The notes: a model not told the origin generated them from the letters alone. Shown: positions 23,832-33,145, counted from the first letter of the stretch. The stretch is 38,928 nucleotides of DNA from Minisyncoccota bacterium (GCA_041663725.1 JBAYME010000001.1:1-38928), one strand, 5' to 3'. Numbers and translations are program-made.

Positions 23832-24398
23832 ATGAAACATTTAACTGTAAAAGAAAAAGAAGCAGAAGCTTTTGAAAAAATGAAAGGAACTTTTCATTAT
23901 AAAAATGTAATGGCTGCTCCAAGATTGGAAAAGATTGTTATTAATGTTGGTACAGGTACCGGTATTAAGAAGGATAAGAATCGCAATGATTTTGTATCTG
24001 ATCGTTTGGCTAAAATTACAGGACAAAAGAGTGCAAACAGAGGAGCTAAAAAATCTATTTCATCCTTCAAGGTTCGTCAAGGTGATCCAATTGGAGTTAT
24101 TGTAACACTACGTGGAAAAAGAATGTATTCTTTCCTTGAAAAACTTATAAATGTAGCCCTTCCTCGTACTAAAGACTTTCGTGGAATTAATCGTACAGTG
24201 GTAGACAGTATTGGTAATGCCACACTAGGAATAAAAGAGCATACAATTTTTCCAGAGACAGCCGATGAAGATATAAAAGATGTTTTTGGTCTTTCAATTA
24301 CAATAGTTTCAAGTGCAAAAACTAAACCCGAAGGTTTTGCTTTCTATGAATTACTAGGAATGCCTTTTAAGAAAGAAGAAGAAAAAAAGAAAAAATAA
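23832..24398 (+). CDS. rplE: Ribosomal protein uL5
   Basis: 188 aa. PRLEKIVINVG, FRGI, LGIKEHTIFPE. Confidence 0.97.
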   Translation: MKHLTVKEKEAEAFEKMKGTFHYKNVMAAPRLEKIVINVGTGTGIKKDKNRNDFVSDRLAKITGQKSANRGAKKSISSFKVRQGDPIGVIVTLRGKRMYSFLEKLINVALPRTKDFRGINRTVVDSIGNATLGIKEHTIFPETADEDIKDVFGLSITIVSSAKTKPEGFAFYELLGMPFKKEEEKKKK

Positions 24399-24412
24399 AA
24401 TTTTAAATTCTG

Positions 24413-24436
24413 AAGTCCCCGCAAGGGGATTTTTTA
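24413..24436 (+). terminator. GNRA-loop terminator after rplE
   Basis: AAGTCCCC-GCAA-GGGGATTTTTT. Confidence 0.7.
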
Positions 24437-24450
24437 GTTTAGAAAAAAAT

Positions 24451-24479
24451 TTGACTAATTTTTAGCTTTCTGCTAGGAT
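24451..24479 (+). promoter_or_regulatory. Candidate promoter TTGACT-N17-TAGGAT inside the spc cluster
   Basis: -35 at 24451-24456, -10 at 24474-24479. Confidence 0.4.
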
Positions 24480-24485
24480 ATAGGG

Positions 24486-24660
24486 GTCTAAGTTTTAGGT
24501 CTGATCTGTGTTTCTCCTTCTTTGCCCGAGCACGAAGTGCTTTAGGGAAGACTAGTTTAGTCTAAAATGAGCTTTGCTCATTCGGCCGAGAAGAAAATAC
24601 ACAAGATATCACCTATGAATAGGCGGTATTTATATACTTATCCCGTTAGAAAATTATGGG
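24486..24660 (+). ncRNA. Unassigned structured RNA / rpsN leader (four-way-junction fold)
   Basis: Imperfect ~20-bp long-range helix (24502-24526 with 24584-24611) enclosing three hairpins at 24528-24542, 24549-24563 and 24567-24581. Relatively GC-rich. The rplE-rpsN gap is 305 nt. Confidence 0.35.
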
Positions 24661-24705
24661 TAAGTAGTTAAATTACAGAAGTTTATTAATTAATTTTCTT
24701 ATACG

Positions 24706-24891
24706 ATGGCAAAAACATCAGTAATAGCTAGAGCAGCAAAAACTCCAAAGTTTCCAAGTCGAGCAAAAAATCGATGTTTTCGATGCGGCCGTGGAAATGG
24801 TTATATGAGAGATTTCGGTCTTTGTCGTATTTGTTTTAGAGAATTAGCAAATGAAGGAATGTTGCCAGGAGTAAGAAAATCAAGTTGGTAG
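24706..24891 (+). CDS. rpsN: Ribosomal protein uS14, short zinc-binding (type Z) form
   Basis: 61 aa. [20 protein letters not shown] (CxxC...CxxC). Confidence 0.95.
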   Translation: MAKTSVIARAAKTPKFPSRAKNRCFRCGRGNGYMRDFGLCRICFRELANEGMLPGVRKSSW

Positions 24892-24894
24892 AAA

Positions 24895-24925
24895 TAGGCA
24901 CTAGGCTTTAGGCGCTAGGCATTAG
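24895..24925 (+). repeat. 7-nt-periodic TAG cassette (TAGGCnn x4-5) after rpsN
   Basis: TAG at 24895, 24902, 24909, 24916 and 24923. Confidence 0.9.
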
Positions 24926-24955
24926 TAAAAAATAAAAATAATAATAAAAAAACAT

Positions 24956-25342
24956 ATGGATTCAATATCAAACATGATAATAATGATGAAGAACGCTAGC
25001 CTTGTTGGAAAGGAGAGTGTTTGTTTTCCATATTCAAAATTGAAGAATGCAATTGCTCTTTGTCTAAAAAAAGAGGGATATGCTGGAGATATTTCCAAAA
25101 AAGTTAAAAAGGGAATACCGATGTTAGAAGTTGGATTAATTTATGTTGACAAAAAACCAAAAATTATTGAAGTTGAAAGAATTTCTAAACAATCAAGAAG
25201 AGTATATTTCGGAATGAAAAATATCCACACCATTCGTAGTGGCTCAGGGTTGCTAGTTCTTTCCACACCAAAAGGGATTTTGTCTGGAAAAGAAGCTAGA
25301 AAAGAACATGTAGGAGGGGAAGCTTTGTTTAAAATATGGTAA
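24956..25342 (+). CDS. rpsH: Ribosomal protein uS8
   Basis: 128 aa. DSISNMIIMMKNA...STPKGILSGKEARKEHVGGEALFKIW. Confidence 0.97.
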   Translation: MDSISNMIIMMKNASLVGKESVCFPYSKLKNAIALCLKKEGYAGDISKKVKKGIPMLEVGLIYVDKKPKIIEVERISKQSRRVYFGMKNIHTIRSGSGLLVLSTPKGILSGKEARKEHVGGEALFKIW

Positions 25343-25346
25343 AAAA

Positions 25347-25363
25347 TAGTCATTAGGTATTAG
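25347..25363 (+). repeat. 7-nt-periodic TAG cassette after rpsH
   Basis: TAG at 25347, 25354 and 25361 (TAGTCAT TAGGTAT TAG). Confidence 0.85.
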
Positions 25364-25383
25364 CAAAAATAAAAATAAATTAT

Positions 25384-25917
25384 ATGAGTAGAATTGGGAA
25401 AAAAGAAATATTAATACCAGCTGGAGTTGAAGTCAAACAAGAAGGCAGTTTTTTTACTGTGAAAGGCCCAAAAGGAACACTTCAAAAAGTATTTCGTGAT
25501 GAGATTGAAATAAAAATAGCTGATAATAAAATAAATCTAAATATAAAAAGAAATGATAAATTTTCCAAGTCTCTTTGGGGTACTTATGCTTCACATATCT
25601 TAAACATGATTCAAGGTGTTCAAAATCCATATGTTAAAAAATTAATATTAGAAGGAGTTGGTTTTAAATCTGAAGTAAAAGGAAAAGAATTAGTTTTTGC
25701 TTTAGGTTTTTCTCACCCAGTTATAGTAGCTATACCAGATGGAATTACTGCTACTGCTGAAAAAAATATCATTACAATTTCTGGAGTTAATAAAGAGTTA
25801 GTTGGAGGTTTTACTGCTTCTGTACGTGCTTTAAAGAAACCAGAGCCATATAAAGGAAAAGGAATGAGATATGATGATGAGGTTATAAGACGTAAACAAG
25901 GTAAGAAAACAACTTAG
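25384..25917 (+). CDS. rplF: Ribosomal protein uL6
   Basis: 177 aa. MSRIGKKEILIPAGV....PEPYKGKGMRY. Confidence 0.97.
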   Translation: MSRIGKKEILIPAGVEVKQEGSFFTVKGPKGTLQKVFRDEIEIKIADNKINLNIKRNDKFSKSLWGTYASHILNMIQGVQNPYVKKLILEGVGFKSEVKGKELVFALGFSHPVIVAIPDGITATAEKNIITISGVNKELVGGFTASVRALKKPEPYKGKGMRYDDEVIRRKQGKKTT

Positions 25918-25977
25918 AAAAGACTCTATTTTAAGTTTAGGGCTAGTCCTAAACTGGGAATAGGAACAAATAATATA

Positions 25978-26319
25978 ATGAATACAAAAACAGACAAAAG
26001 AATAAGATTAAAAACAAAGATCAGAGTTAAAATCCATGGTACAAAAGAATGTCCAAGGCTTTCTGTTTTTCGTTCTAATAAATTTATCTACGCACAAGCT
26101 ATAGATGATACAGTTAATAAAACATTAGCAGAAGCAAGTGATTTAAAAATGGAAAAAGGAACAAAGCTTGAAAGAGCTAAGCAAGTTGGAAAAATGATTG
26201 CTGAAGCTTGTTTAAAAAATAAAATCACTAAAGTTGTTTTTGATAGAAATGGATTTAAATATACCGGACGTATAAAATTAGTAGCTGATGAAGCCAGAGC
26301 GGGTGGATTAAAGTTTTAA
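25978..26319 (+). CDS. rplR: Ribosomal protein uL18
   Basis: 113 aa. PRLSVFRSNKFIYAQAIDD...VFDRNGFKYTGRIKLVADEARAGGLKF. Confidence 0.97.
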   Translation: MNTKTDKRIRLKTKIRVKIHGTKECPRLSVFRSNKFIYAQAIDDTVNKTLAEASDLKMEKGTKLERAKQVGKMIAEACLKNKITKVVFDRNGFKYTGRIKLVADEARAGGLKF

Positions 26320-26330
26320 TTTAAAAAATT

Positions 26331-26909
26331 ATGTATAACGATAATAAAAAAAATAATAATCGTAGGTCATCTTTTAGCAGACCAAAACCTGAATTTGAAC
26401 AAAAGATTATAAATATTCGCCGAGTTACTCGTGTGGTAGCAGGAGGAAGAAGATTTTCTTTTAGTGTTGCTTTGGTGGCTGGAGATAAAAAAGGATCTAT
26501 TGGTCTTGGTCTTGGAAAAGCAGGAGATACTTCTTTGGCTATAAATAAAGCGTTAAGAAATGCAAAAAAGAATATGGTTAAAATTAAATTAACCAAGACA
26601 ATGTCTATTCCTCATGAAATTTCTGCAAAATTTTCTAGTTCTTACATAGTACTTATGCCCAATAAGGGTCGTGGTTTAGTTGTAGGTTCAGCCGTTCGAG
26701 ATATAATTAAATTAGCTGGTATTAAAGATATCACTGGAAAGATTTTGTCTGGTAGTAAAAATAAACTTAATAATGCCAAAACTGTAATGTTAGCCTTTTC
26801 TCAAATTTCTAGTAAATATGTAAAAGCAGAACCAGAGGCAACTGTTATTGCTGGAAAGGAAGTTTTAAGTGGAAAAGAGGTAGAATCTACTGAAAAAGCA
26901 AAATTATAA
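26331..26909 (+). CDS. rpsE: Ribosomal protein uS5
   Basis: 192 aa. INIRRVTRVVAGGRRFSFSVALVAGDKKGSIGLGLGKA. Confidence 0.97.
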   Translation: MYNDNKKNNNRRSSFSRPKPEFEQKIINIRRVTRVVAGGRRFSFSVALVAGDKKGSIGLGLGKAGDTSLAINKALRNAKKNMVKIKLTKTMSIPHEISAKFSSSYIVLMPNKGRGLVVGSAVRDIIKLAGIKDITGKILSGSKNKLNNAKTVMLAFSQISSKYVKAEPEATVIAGKEVLSGKEVESTEKAKL

Positions 26910-26985
26910 AAAGTAAATTAGGAATTGGTCTATGAGAATTAGTAAAAACTAAATCTTAAAAGACTAGAACCTAGAGTCTAATAAA

Positions 26986-27297
26986 ATGCAAATACATAAT
27001 TTAAAAAGATTACATAAAAATAAAAAAGACCGTATCGTCGGACGAGGAGGTAAGCATGCTAAGACTGCTGGACGAGGAGGCAAAGGTCAAACAGCTCGTG
27101 CTGGTAATAAGCGTCGTCCAGAACTTCGTGATATTATAAAGAAGTTGCCAAAAAATCGTGGATATAAATTTAATTCTGTTCGTAAGTCTGTTTTATTACC
27201 CAAAGAGAAAGCTCTTTCTGCTGATGGAAAGATAGAAAGTTTTTCTCAGATTAGAAAACGTCTAGGTATCAAAGGGAGAAAGATAATAATAAAATAA
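26986..27297 (+). CDS. rplO: Ribosomal protein uL15 (short, 103 aa)
   Basis: N-terminal GRGGKHAKTAGRGGKGQTARAG matches uL15 and the C-terminal half is shortened. Directly follows rpsE with no rpmD in between. Confidence 0.85.
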   Translation: MQIHNLKRLHKNKKDRIVGRGGKHAKTAGRGGKGQTARAGNKRRPELRDIIKKLPKNRGYKFNSVRKSVLLPKEKALSADGKIESFSQIRKRLGIKGRKIIIK

Positions 27298-27372
27298 TAA
27301 AGACTTGTCCCGTTGCAAATTCAAAAAAAAGGATATAGCAACTAAAAATTATTAATTAAAATTTACAATAGG

Positions 27373-28644
27373 ATGCAAAATTTTTGGAGTAAAATAAAAT
27401 TAACTTGGACAGATGTTTCACTAAGAAAGAAAATACTTTTTGTGCTTGGCGCCCTAATTGTTTTTAGATTACTATCTTCAATTCCAATTCCAGGTATTGA
27501 TGCTGTGCAACTTAATCGTTTTCTTTCCAACAATCAATTTTTTGGTATTTTGAATATTTTTTCTGGTGGTGGTCTTTCCAATCTTTCAATAATTATGTTA
27601 GGAGTTGGTCCATATATTACTGGTTCTATCATTATGCAATTACTTACTATAATGGTACCAGCTTTGAAAAAGTTGTATCACGAAGAAGGAGAATTGGGAA
27701 GAAAAAAGTTTTCTCAATATTCAAGACTAATAACAGTTCCATTAGCTGCAATACAAGGTTTCAGCTTATTGGCTATTCTTCAATCTCAAAATATTTTAGT
27801 TAATTTAACTGTATTTGATCGTGTAACAAACCTGGTTGTAGTAATTGCTGGTTCAATTTTAATTATGTGGATTGGAGAATTGATGTCTGAATTCGGTATT
27901 GGTAATGGTGTATCGCTTTTGATTTTTGCGGGTATTGTTTCTCAAATCCCATCTGAGGTTGGTCAGTTATTGTTTACCTTTGATGTTTCTCAAATTCCTC
28001 TTATGCTTTTATTTATTGCTATGGGAGCTTTAGTTGTAGCTGGTGTGGTAGTAGTTACAGAAGCAGAACGCCCTATCCCAGTTACTTATGCTAAACAAGT
28101 TCGTGGATCAAAGATGTATGGTGGTGGATCTACTTATTTACCACTTAGAGTAAACCAAGCTGGAGTTATTCCAATTATTTTTGCTCTTTCAATTTTACTC
28201 TTTCCTCAAATGATAGGTAATTTTATGGCTGGTTCTAGTAATGCTATAGTTTTAAAAATTTCACATGTATTAGCTTCTTTTTCACAAACCTCATGGTTAT
28301 ATGCAGTCCTTTATTTTATTTTAGTTTTTCTATTCACTTATTTTTATACAGCAGTTACATTTGACCCAGAAGCTCTTTCAACTAATTTACAAAAGAATGG
28401 TGCTTTTATTCCAGGTATCCGACCAGGTCCATCAACCTCTGCTTATATATCAAAAGTATTAGGACGAATTACATTACTCGGTGCTGTATTCTTAGGTTTT
28501 ATTGCAATACTGCCTTTGATTATGCGTGCTGTTACTGGAATTACAGCTATTGCTATGGGTGGTACCGCACTTCTTATCGTTGTTTCTGTTTTACTTGATT
28601 TAATCAAAAAAATAGACGCACAGATCTCAATGCGAGAATATTAA
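27373..28644 (+). CDS. secY: Preprotein translocase subunit SecY
   Basis: 423 aa, ~10 TM. IPIPGID, GVGPYITGSIIMQLL, GIGNGVSLLIFAGI. Confidence 0.97.
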   Translation: MQNFWSKIKLTWTDVSLRKKILFVLGALIVFRLLSSIPIPGIDAVQLNRFLSNNQFFGILNIFSGGGLSNLSIIMLGVGPYITGSIIMQLLTIMVPALKKLYHEEGELGRKKFSQYSRLITVPLAAIQGFSLLAILQSQNILVNLTVFDRVTNLVVVIAGSILIMWIGELMSEFGIGNGVSLLIFAGIVSQIPSEVGQLLFTFDVSQIPLMLLFIAMGALVVAGVVVVTEAERPIPVTYAKQVRGSKMYGGGSTYLPLRVNQAGVIPIIFALSILLFPQMIGNFMAGSSNAIVLKISHVLASFSQTSWLYAVLYFILVFLFTYFYTAVTFDPEALSTNLQKNGAFIPGIRPGPSTSAYISKVLGRITLLGAVFLGFIAILPLIMRAVTGITAIAMGGTALLIVVSVLLDLIKKIDAQISMREY

Positions 28645-29207
28645 TTTCTCAACCACTTTTTGTATTCTGATACAATAATTTGAACAACCTCATTGAGGTT
28701 GTTTTTATTTGTATCTATGATTAAGTCAAATTGGTTTTTATTTGTATTATCTATTTTATATAAATCCCAATATCTTCTTTGTTCACTCTCAAAACGTTTT
28801 GTCATTTTTTCTAAAACTTCCGCACTTGTTTTTACTTGTTCACTTTGCTCACGAAGTTTATCTGCTTTGATGCTATTTAATATTCTTTCTTTTGCTATTT
28901 CAGTTGGTAAATCTAAATAAATCTTAAAAGATTTTGGTATCCAGTGATAAGCGGTCCGTGAATCTACAACTATTTTATTTTTATTATTTAAGTCTCGTAA
29001 TTTTTGGTCTGTCATTTCATCTATTTTTGGATCAATTTCAGCCCTAGTGTTTGTTTCATTTACTGATAAGCCTAACTCAAGGCCCACTTGTCGAAAGAAA
29101 TCCCCAGAAGAAAAATGTTTAAATCCTAGAATTTCAGCTACCTTTTTTGCAGTGCTCGATTTTCCACTTCCTAAGCTCCCACAAATAGTTATAATTTCCT
29201 TTTTCAT
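28641..29207 (-). CDS. cmk: Cytidylate kinase, archaeal-type (Cytidylate_kin2-like)
   Basis: 188 aa. P-loop ICGSLGSGKSST, SSGDFFR, DSRTAYHW, ESEQRRYWDLYKID. Convergent with secY, with stop codons overlapping in TTAA. Confidence 0.75.
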   Translation of the reverse strand: MKKEIITICGSLGSGKSSTAKKVAEILGFKHFSSGDFFRQVGLELGLSVNETNTRAEIDPKIDEMTDQKLRDLNNKNKIVVDSRTAYHWIPKSFKIYLDLPTEIAKERILNSIKADKLREQSEQVKTSAEVLEKMTKRFESEQRRYWDLYKIDNTNKNQFDLIIDTNKNNLNEVVQIIVSEYKKWLRN

Positions 29208-29280
29208 TTATATATTAAAGCATAATTTTGGTTTTTATTCATCATTTGATTTTAACCTAAAAATTTTGTATCCTTAGGTA

Positions 29281-29868
29281 ATGGAAACACAAACTTTTGT
29301 ATTTTATGGTCAAGTTGGCTCAGGTAAGGGAACCCAAGTAAAGCTTCTAACAGAATATTTAAAGAACAAAGACAATAAAGAGGTTGTTTATGGTGGAACA
29401 GGGGATGAGTTTAGAAAAATATTAACTTCCGATAGTTTTACTGCTAATTTAATTAAAGATTCTATAAACAAAGGAGAGCTTCAACCTGATTTTTTAACTA
29501 ATTCACTTTTTGCTAATATATTAATTTCATCTTTAACTAATGAAAAACATTTAATTGCTGATGGTTACCCTCGTACCGTTTTGCAGTCAGAAAATTTTGA
29601 ACAAATGATGAAATTTTTTAAGAGAGATAATATAAAGATAATTTATATTAAATTAACTGAAGAAGAAGCAATGAAAAGAAATCTCTTGCGAGCTAGGGTT
29701 GACGACACAGAAGAAGGTCTTAAAAAAAGATTTAATGAATTTACCAATAATGTAGTACCTTCTATGAATTATTTTTCAGAAAAGGATGGTTATGAAATAA
29801 TAACTATTAATGGAGAGCAGTCGATTGAAGATGTACATAAAGAGATTATTAGTAAATTAGCTTTCTAG
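29281..29868 (+). CDS. adk: Adenylate kinase family nucleoside-monophosphate kinase (short LID)
   Basis: 195 aa. GQVGSGKGTQ P-loop, ADGYPRT, RVDD. Canonical position after secY. Confidence 0.8.
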   Translation: METQTFVFYGQVGSGKGTQVKLLTEYLKNKDNKEVVYGGTGDEFRKILTSDSFTANLIKDSINKGELQPDFLTNSLFANILISSLTNEKHLIADGYPRTVLQSENFEQMMKFFKRDNIKIIYIKLTEEEAMKRNLLRARVDDTEEGLKKRFNEFTNNVVPSMNYFSEKDGYEIITINGEQSIEDVHKEIISKLAF

Positions 29869-29910
29869 CTTACTAGCTTTTAGCTTATAAAAAATATAAA
29901 AAATTAATTT

Positions 29911-30588
29911 ATGGAAACAATAATAATTTCACTTGGCGGATCACTCATCATACCTGATCAGGTAGATGTTGAATTTCTTAAATCTTTTAAGTCTCTTATT
30001 CTTTCTCATGTTGAGCAGGGTAAAAAATTTATAATTATAACTGGAGGCGGAAAGATCTGCAGAAAATATCAAGAAGCAGCTAAAGAAATTTCTAATCCTA
30101 ATCATGATGATTTAGATTGGATAGGTATCGCTTCTCTGAAATTAAATGCTGAACTTTTGAGGGTAATTTTTGGAGAATATGCCCAAGAAAAAGTAATATT
30201 TAATTTATCTCTACCTTTTGTTTTTGAAAAATCGATTGTAATTGGAGCAGCCTTTGAACCAGGTCAAAGTACTGATTGGGATGCAGTGTTGGGTGCAAAA
30301 AATGTTGGGGCAAAAAAAATTATCAATCTTTCAAATATCGATTATGTTTATGATGTTGACCCAAGATTAAATCCTGATGCTAAAAAAATTGAGAATATCT
30401 CTTGGTCAGAATATAGAAAATTAATTCCTACTGAGTGGAATCCAGGTCTTAATTCTCCCTTTGATCCAATTGCTTCTAAGATGGCAGAGGAAGAGGGTAT
30501 AGAAGTAGCTATAATGAATGGAAAGCCACTAGATAATTTAGCTAAATATTTAAATGGTGAAAAGTTCTCTGGTACGATAATTAAATAA
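29911..30588 (+). CDS. pyrH: Archaeal-type UMP kinase (amino-acid kinase fold)
   Basis: 225 aa. IISLGGS, IITGGGKICRKY, EPGQSTDWDA, NIDYVYDVDP. Confidence 0.7.
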   Translation: METIIISLGGSLIIPDQVDVEFLKSFKSLILSHVEQGKKFIIITGGGKICRKYQEAAKEISNPNHDDLDWIGIASLKLNAELLRVIFGEYAQEKVIFNLSLPFVFEKSIVIGAAFEPGQSTDWDAVLGAKNVGAKKIINLSNIDYVYDVDPRLNPDAKKIENISWSEYRKLIPTEWNPGLNSPFDPIASKMAEEEGIEVAIMNGKPLDNLAKYLNGEKFSGTIIK

Positions 30589-30616
30589 CTTCCAGAAACC
30601 TTATTTCTGGAAAAGA

Positions 30617-32338
30617 ATGTTTAAATATATGGAACATAATGGAGAAAAAAGAAATTGTCAGAATTGTAAGAGTCAGTTTTTAATTGAACAAGAGGATTTT
30701 AATTTTTACGAGAAGATAAAAGTACCAGCACCGACATGGTGTCCGGAATGTAGAATGACCAGGAGATTGGCCTTTGGAAATGCTTGGGGTGTGTATTTTC
30801 GTAATTGTGATAAATGTGGAGAAAAAACATTAACAATGTTTAGGCCAGAGAACCAATTGAAAGTTTTTTGTGATACCTGTTGGTGGGCAGATGATTGGGA
30901 TGGTACAGAGTATGGAGTAGATTACGATCCAAATGAAAATTTTTTAGAACAATGGAAAAATTTAAGATATAGTACTCCTCATTTTGCCAAAGATTCACTA
31001 CATGCAACTTTAAAAAATTGTGAATATACAAATGCTATAGCTTTTTCAAAAAATTGTTATATGTCTTTTTGGGTTGATTATTCTGAATCAATTTTTTATT
31101 CATCATTTTTAAATAATGTTAAAGATAGCATTGATGTATTTAGAGTTTATAAAAGTGATTTATGTTATGAATCTGTTGGAATAGGACATTCAAGTAAAAT
31201 TTATTTTTCCAGCGAATGTGATAATTGTGTAGACGTATATTTTTCTAGAAATTGTTATGGATGTATGAATTGTTTTGGTTGTGTTAATTTAAGGGGGAAA
31301 AATTACATGATTTTTAATCAGCAATATTCCAAAGAAGATTATTTTGAAAAATTAAATGAATTTCAAATTAATACAAGCAAGGGATTAGATCAAATGCTTA
31401 AAATATCTAAAGAATTTTGGCATGAATTACCATATCGAGAATATACTGGAAATTCTTTAAACTTAAATGTTTCTGGTGATTATATTTATGAGTCAAAAAA
31501 TGCTAAGAATTGTTATATGTGTAGTGGAATAGAAGATTCTAAATATTGTCAGTTTATTTCAGTTCCAAAGGCAGAAAATTGTTTCGATTATTATGGATGG
31601 GGCAATGCGGCCAGTTTAATATATGAATGTGCTACCTCTGGGGAAGGAATTAGTAGATTAAAATTTTGTTTTGGTATGTTTGCAAATGGATTAGACTCTG
31701 AATATTGTGGTTGGTGCGTAGGATCAAAAAATAATTTTGGTTGTTCAAATTTAAAAAGAAAACAATATTGTATTTTAAATAAACAATACAGTAAAGACGA
31801 ATATGAAAAATTAAAAAAACGAATTATTGAAGATATGGATAAAAATCCATACAAAGATAAAAAGGGAAGATTTTTTAAATATGGAGAATTTTTTCCTATA
31901 GAGTTTTCTCCATTTCCATATGAAGATAGTAATGCAAGTAGGTTCATTGTAAAAAATAAAGAGGAAGCCTTAAGGGAGGGGTATAATTGGGAAGATAAAA
32001 TAGAGAATTTTTATAAAAAAACTATCGAAAGTAAAGATATACCGGAAACAATTGAAGATACAAATGAAAGTATATTAAAGGAAGTTATTGAATGCATCTC
32101 TTGTGGTAGTGGCTATAAAATAACTCAAGGTGAATTAAATTTATATAAAAAATTAAATGTTCCCATTCCTAGAAAATGTTCCAAATGTAGAGAGGCTAGA
32201 AGATTTTCTTTAATTAATAAACCAAAATCTTATAATGTTAATTGCGCAAAGTGTGACGAGAAAATAATTATAATGTATGACCCAAAATTAAACCAAATTA
32301 TTTACTGTGTTAAATGCTACCAACAAGAATTTATTTAA
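30617..32338 (+). CDS. Cys-rich protein of unknown function: terminal paired zinc ribbons flanking an internally duplicated Cys-ladder core
   Basis: 573 aa. N-terminal CQNC..F.FYEKIKVPAPTWCPECR + CDKCG..VFCDTCWW, mirrored at the C-terminus by CISCG..LYKKLNVPIPRKCSKCR + CAKCD..IYCVKCY. Two core halves each end in C.GC.NL..K.Y.I.N.QYSK.(D/E)Y. Confidence 0.6.
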   Translation: MFKYMEHNGEKRNCQNCKSQFLIEQEDFNFYEKIKVPAPTWCPECRMTRRLAFGNAWGVYFRNCDKCGEKTLTMFRPENQLKVFCDTCWWADDWDGTEYGVDYDPNENFLEQWKNLRYSTPHFAKDSLHATLKNCEYTNAIAFSKNCYMSFWVDYSESIFYSSFLNNVKDSIDVFRVYKSDLCYESVGIGHSSKIYFSSECDNCVDVYFSRNCYGCMNCFGCVNLRGKNYMIFNQQYSKEDYFEKLNEFQINTSKGLDQMLKISKEFWHELPYREYTGNSLNLNVSGDYIYESKNAKNCYMCSGIEDSKYCQFISVPKAENCFDYYGWGNAASLIYECATSGEGISRLKFCFGMFANGLDSEYCGWCVGSKNNFGCSNLKRKQYCILNKQYSKDEYEKLKKRIIEDMDKNPYKDKKGRFFKYGEFFPIEFSPFPYEDSNASRFIVKNKEEALREGYNWEDKIENFYKKTIESKDIPETIEDTNESILKEVIECISCGSGYKITQGELNLYKKLNVPIPRKCSKCREARRFSLINKPKSYNVNCAKCDEKIIIMYDPKLNQIIYCVKCYQQEFI

Positions 32339-32359
32339 TTGGAATAATCTTAATTATTT

Positions 32360-32368
32360 TGCTAATAT
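32360..32368 (+). promoter_or_regulatory. Extended -10 TGcTAATAT, 6 nt upstream of the map ATG
   Basis: TGnTAnnAT at 32360-32368, ATG at 32375. Confidence 0.5.
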
Positions 32369-32374
32369 GACTTT

Positions 32375-33145
32375 ATGGTTATAATTATAAAAACACCAGA
32401 AGAAATTGAAATAATAAGAGAGGGCGGAAAAAGATTAGCCACTATTTTACACAATGTTAAAGATATAATAAAACCAGGTATTTCTACGTTTGAGTTAGAT
32501 CAGTATGCTTTTAAATTAATTACTGATATGGGAGACTATCCGGCTTTTTTGAAGTATAAGCCTGAAGGAGCTGAAAATCCTTATCCAGCATCTTTGTGTG
32601 TTTCAGTTAATGAAGAGGTAGTGCATGGTATTCCAAAGAAGGATAAAATTTTAAAAGAAGGGGATATCGTTTCTATTGATTTAGGATTAAGACATAAAGG
32701 TTTATATACTGACATGGCAATTACTGTTGGGGTAGGAGAGATCAGTGGCGGGTCTAAAAAGCTCCTGGAGGTCACAGAAAAGGCTCTAAGGGTGGGTATA
32801 GATGCAGCTCGGTGTGGTAATAGAATTGGTGATATAAGCCATGCGATAGAGAGTTTTGCGCGTCCACATAAATATGGAATTGTAGAAATATTGGCAGGCC
32901 ATGGGGTAGGAAAAGCAGTTCATGAGGACCCTTATATTCCAAATTTTGGTAAAGCTGGAACGGGAGCAAAATTAGAAAAAGGTATGGTTATTGCACTTGA
33001 GCCAATGCTCAATAATGGAACTAAAAATCTAGTTTTAGAAAAAGATGGTTGGACATTTAGGACAGCTGATAAGAAAAAAAGTGCTCATTTTGAACATACT
33101 ATTTTAATTACTAATGATGAACCTGAAATTTTAACTATGCTATAA
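32375..33145 (+). CDS. map: Methionine aminopeptidase, type I
   Basis: 256 aa. SIDLGL, DMAITV, GHGVGKAVHE, ALEPM, FEHTILIT metal-ligand pattern. Confidence 0.95.
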   Translation: MVIIIKTPEEIEIIREGGKRLATILHNVKDIIKPGISTFELDQYAFKLITDMGDYPAFLKYKPEGAENPYPASLCVSVNEEVVHGIPKKDKILKEGDIVSIDLGLRHKGLYTDMAITVGVGEISGGSKKLLEVTEKALRVGIDAARCGNRIGDISHAIESFARPHKYGIVEILAGHGVGKAVHEDPYIPNFGKAGTGAKLEKGMVIALEPMLNNGTKNLVLEKDGWTFRTADKKKSAHFEHTILITNDEPEILTML

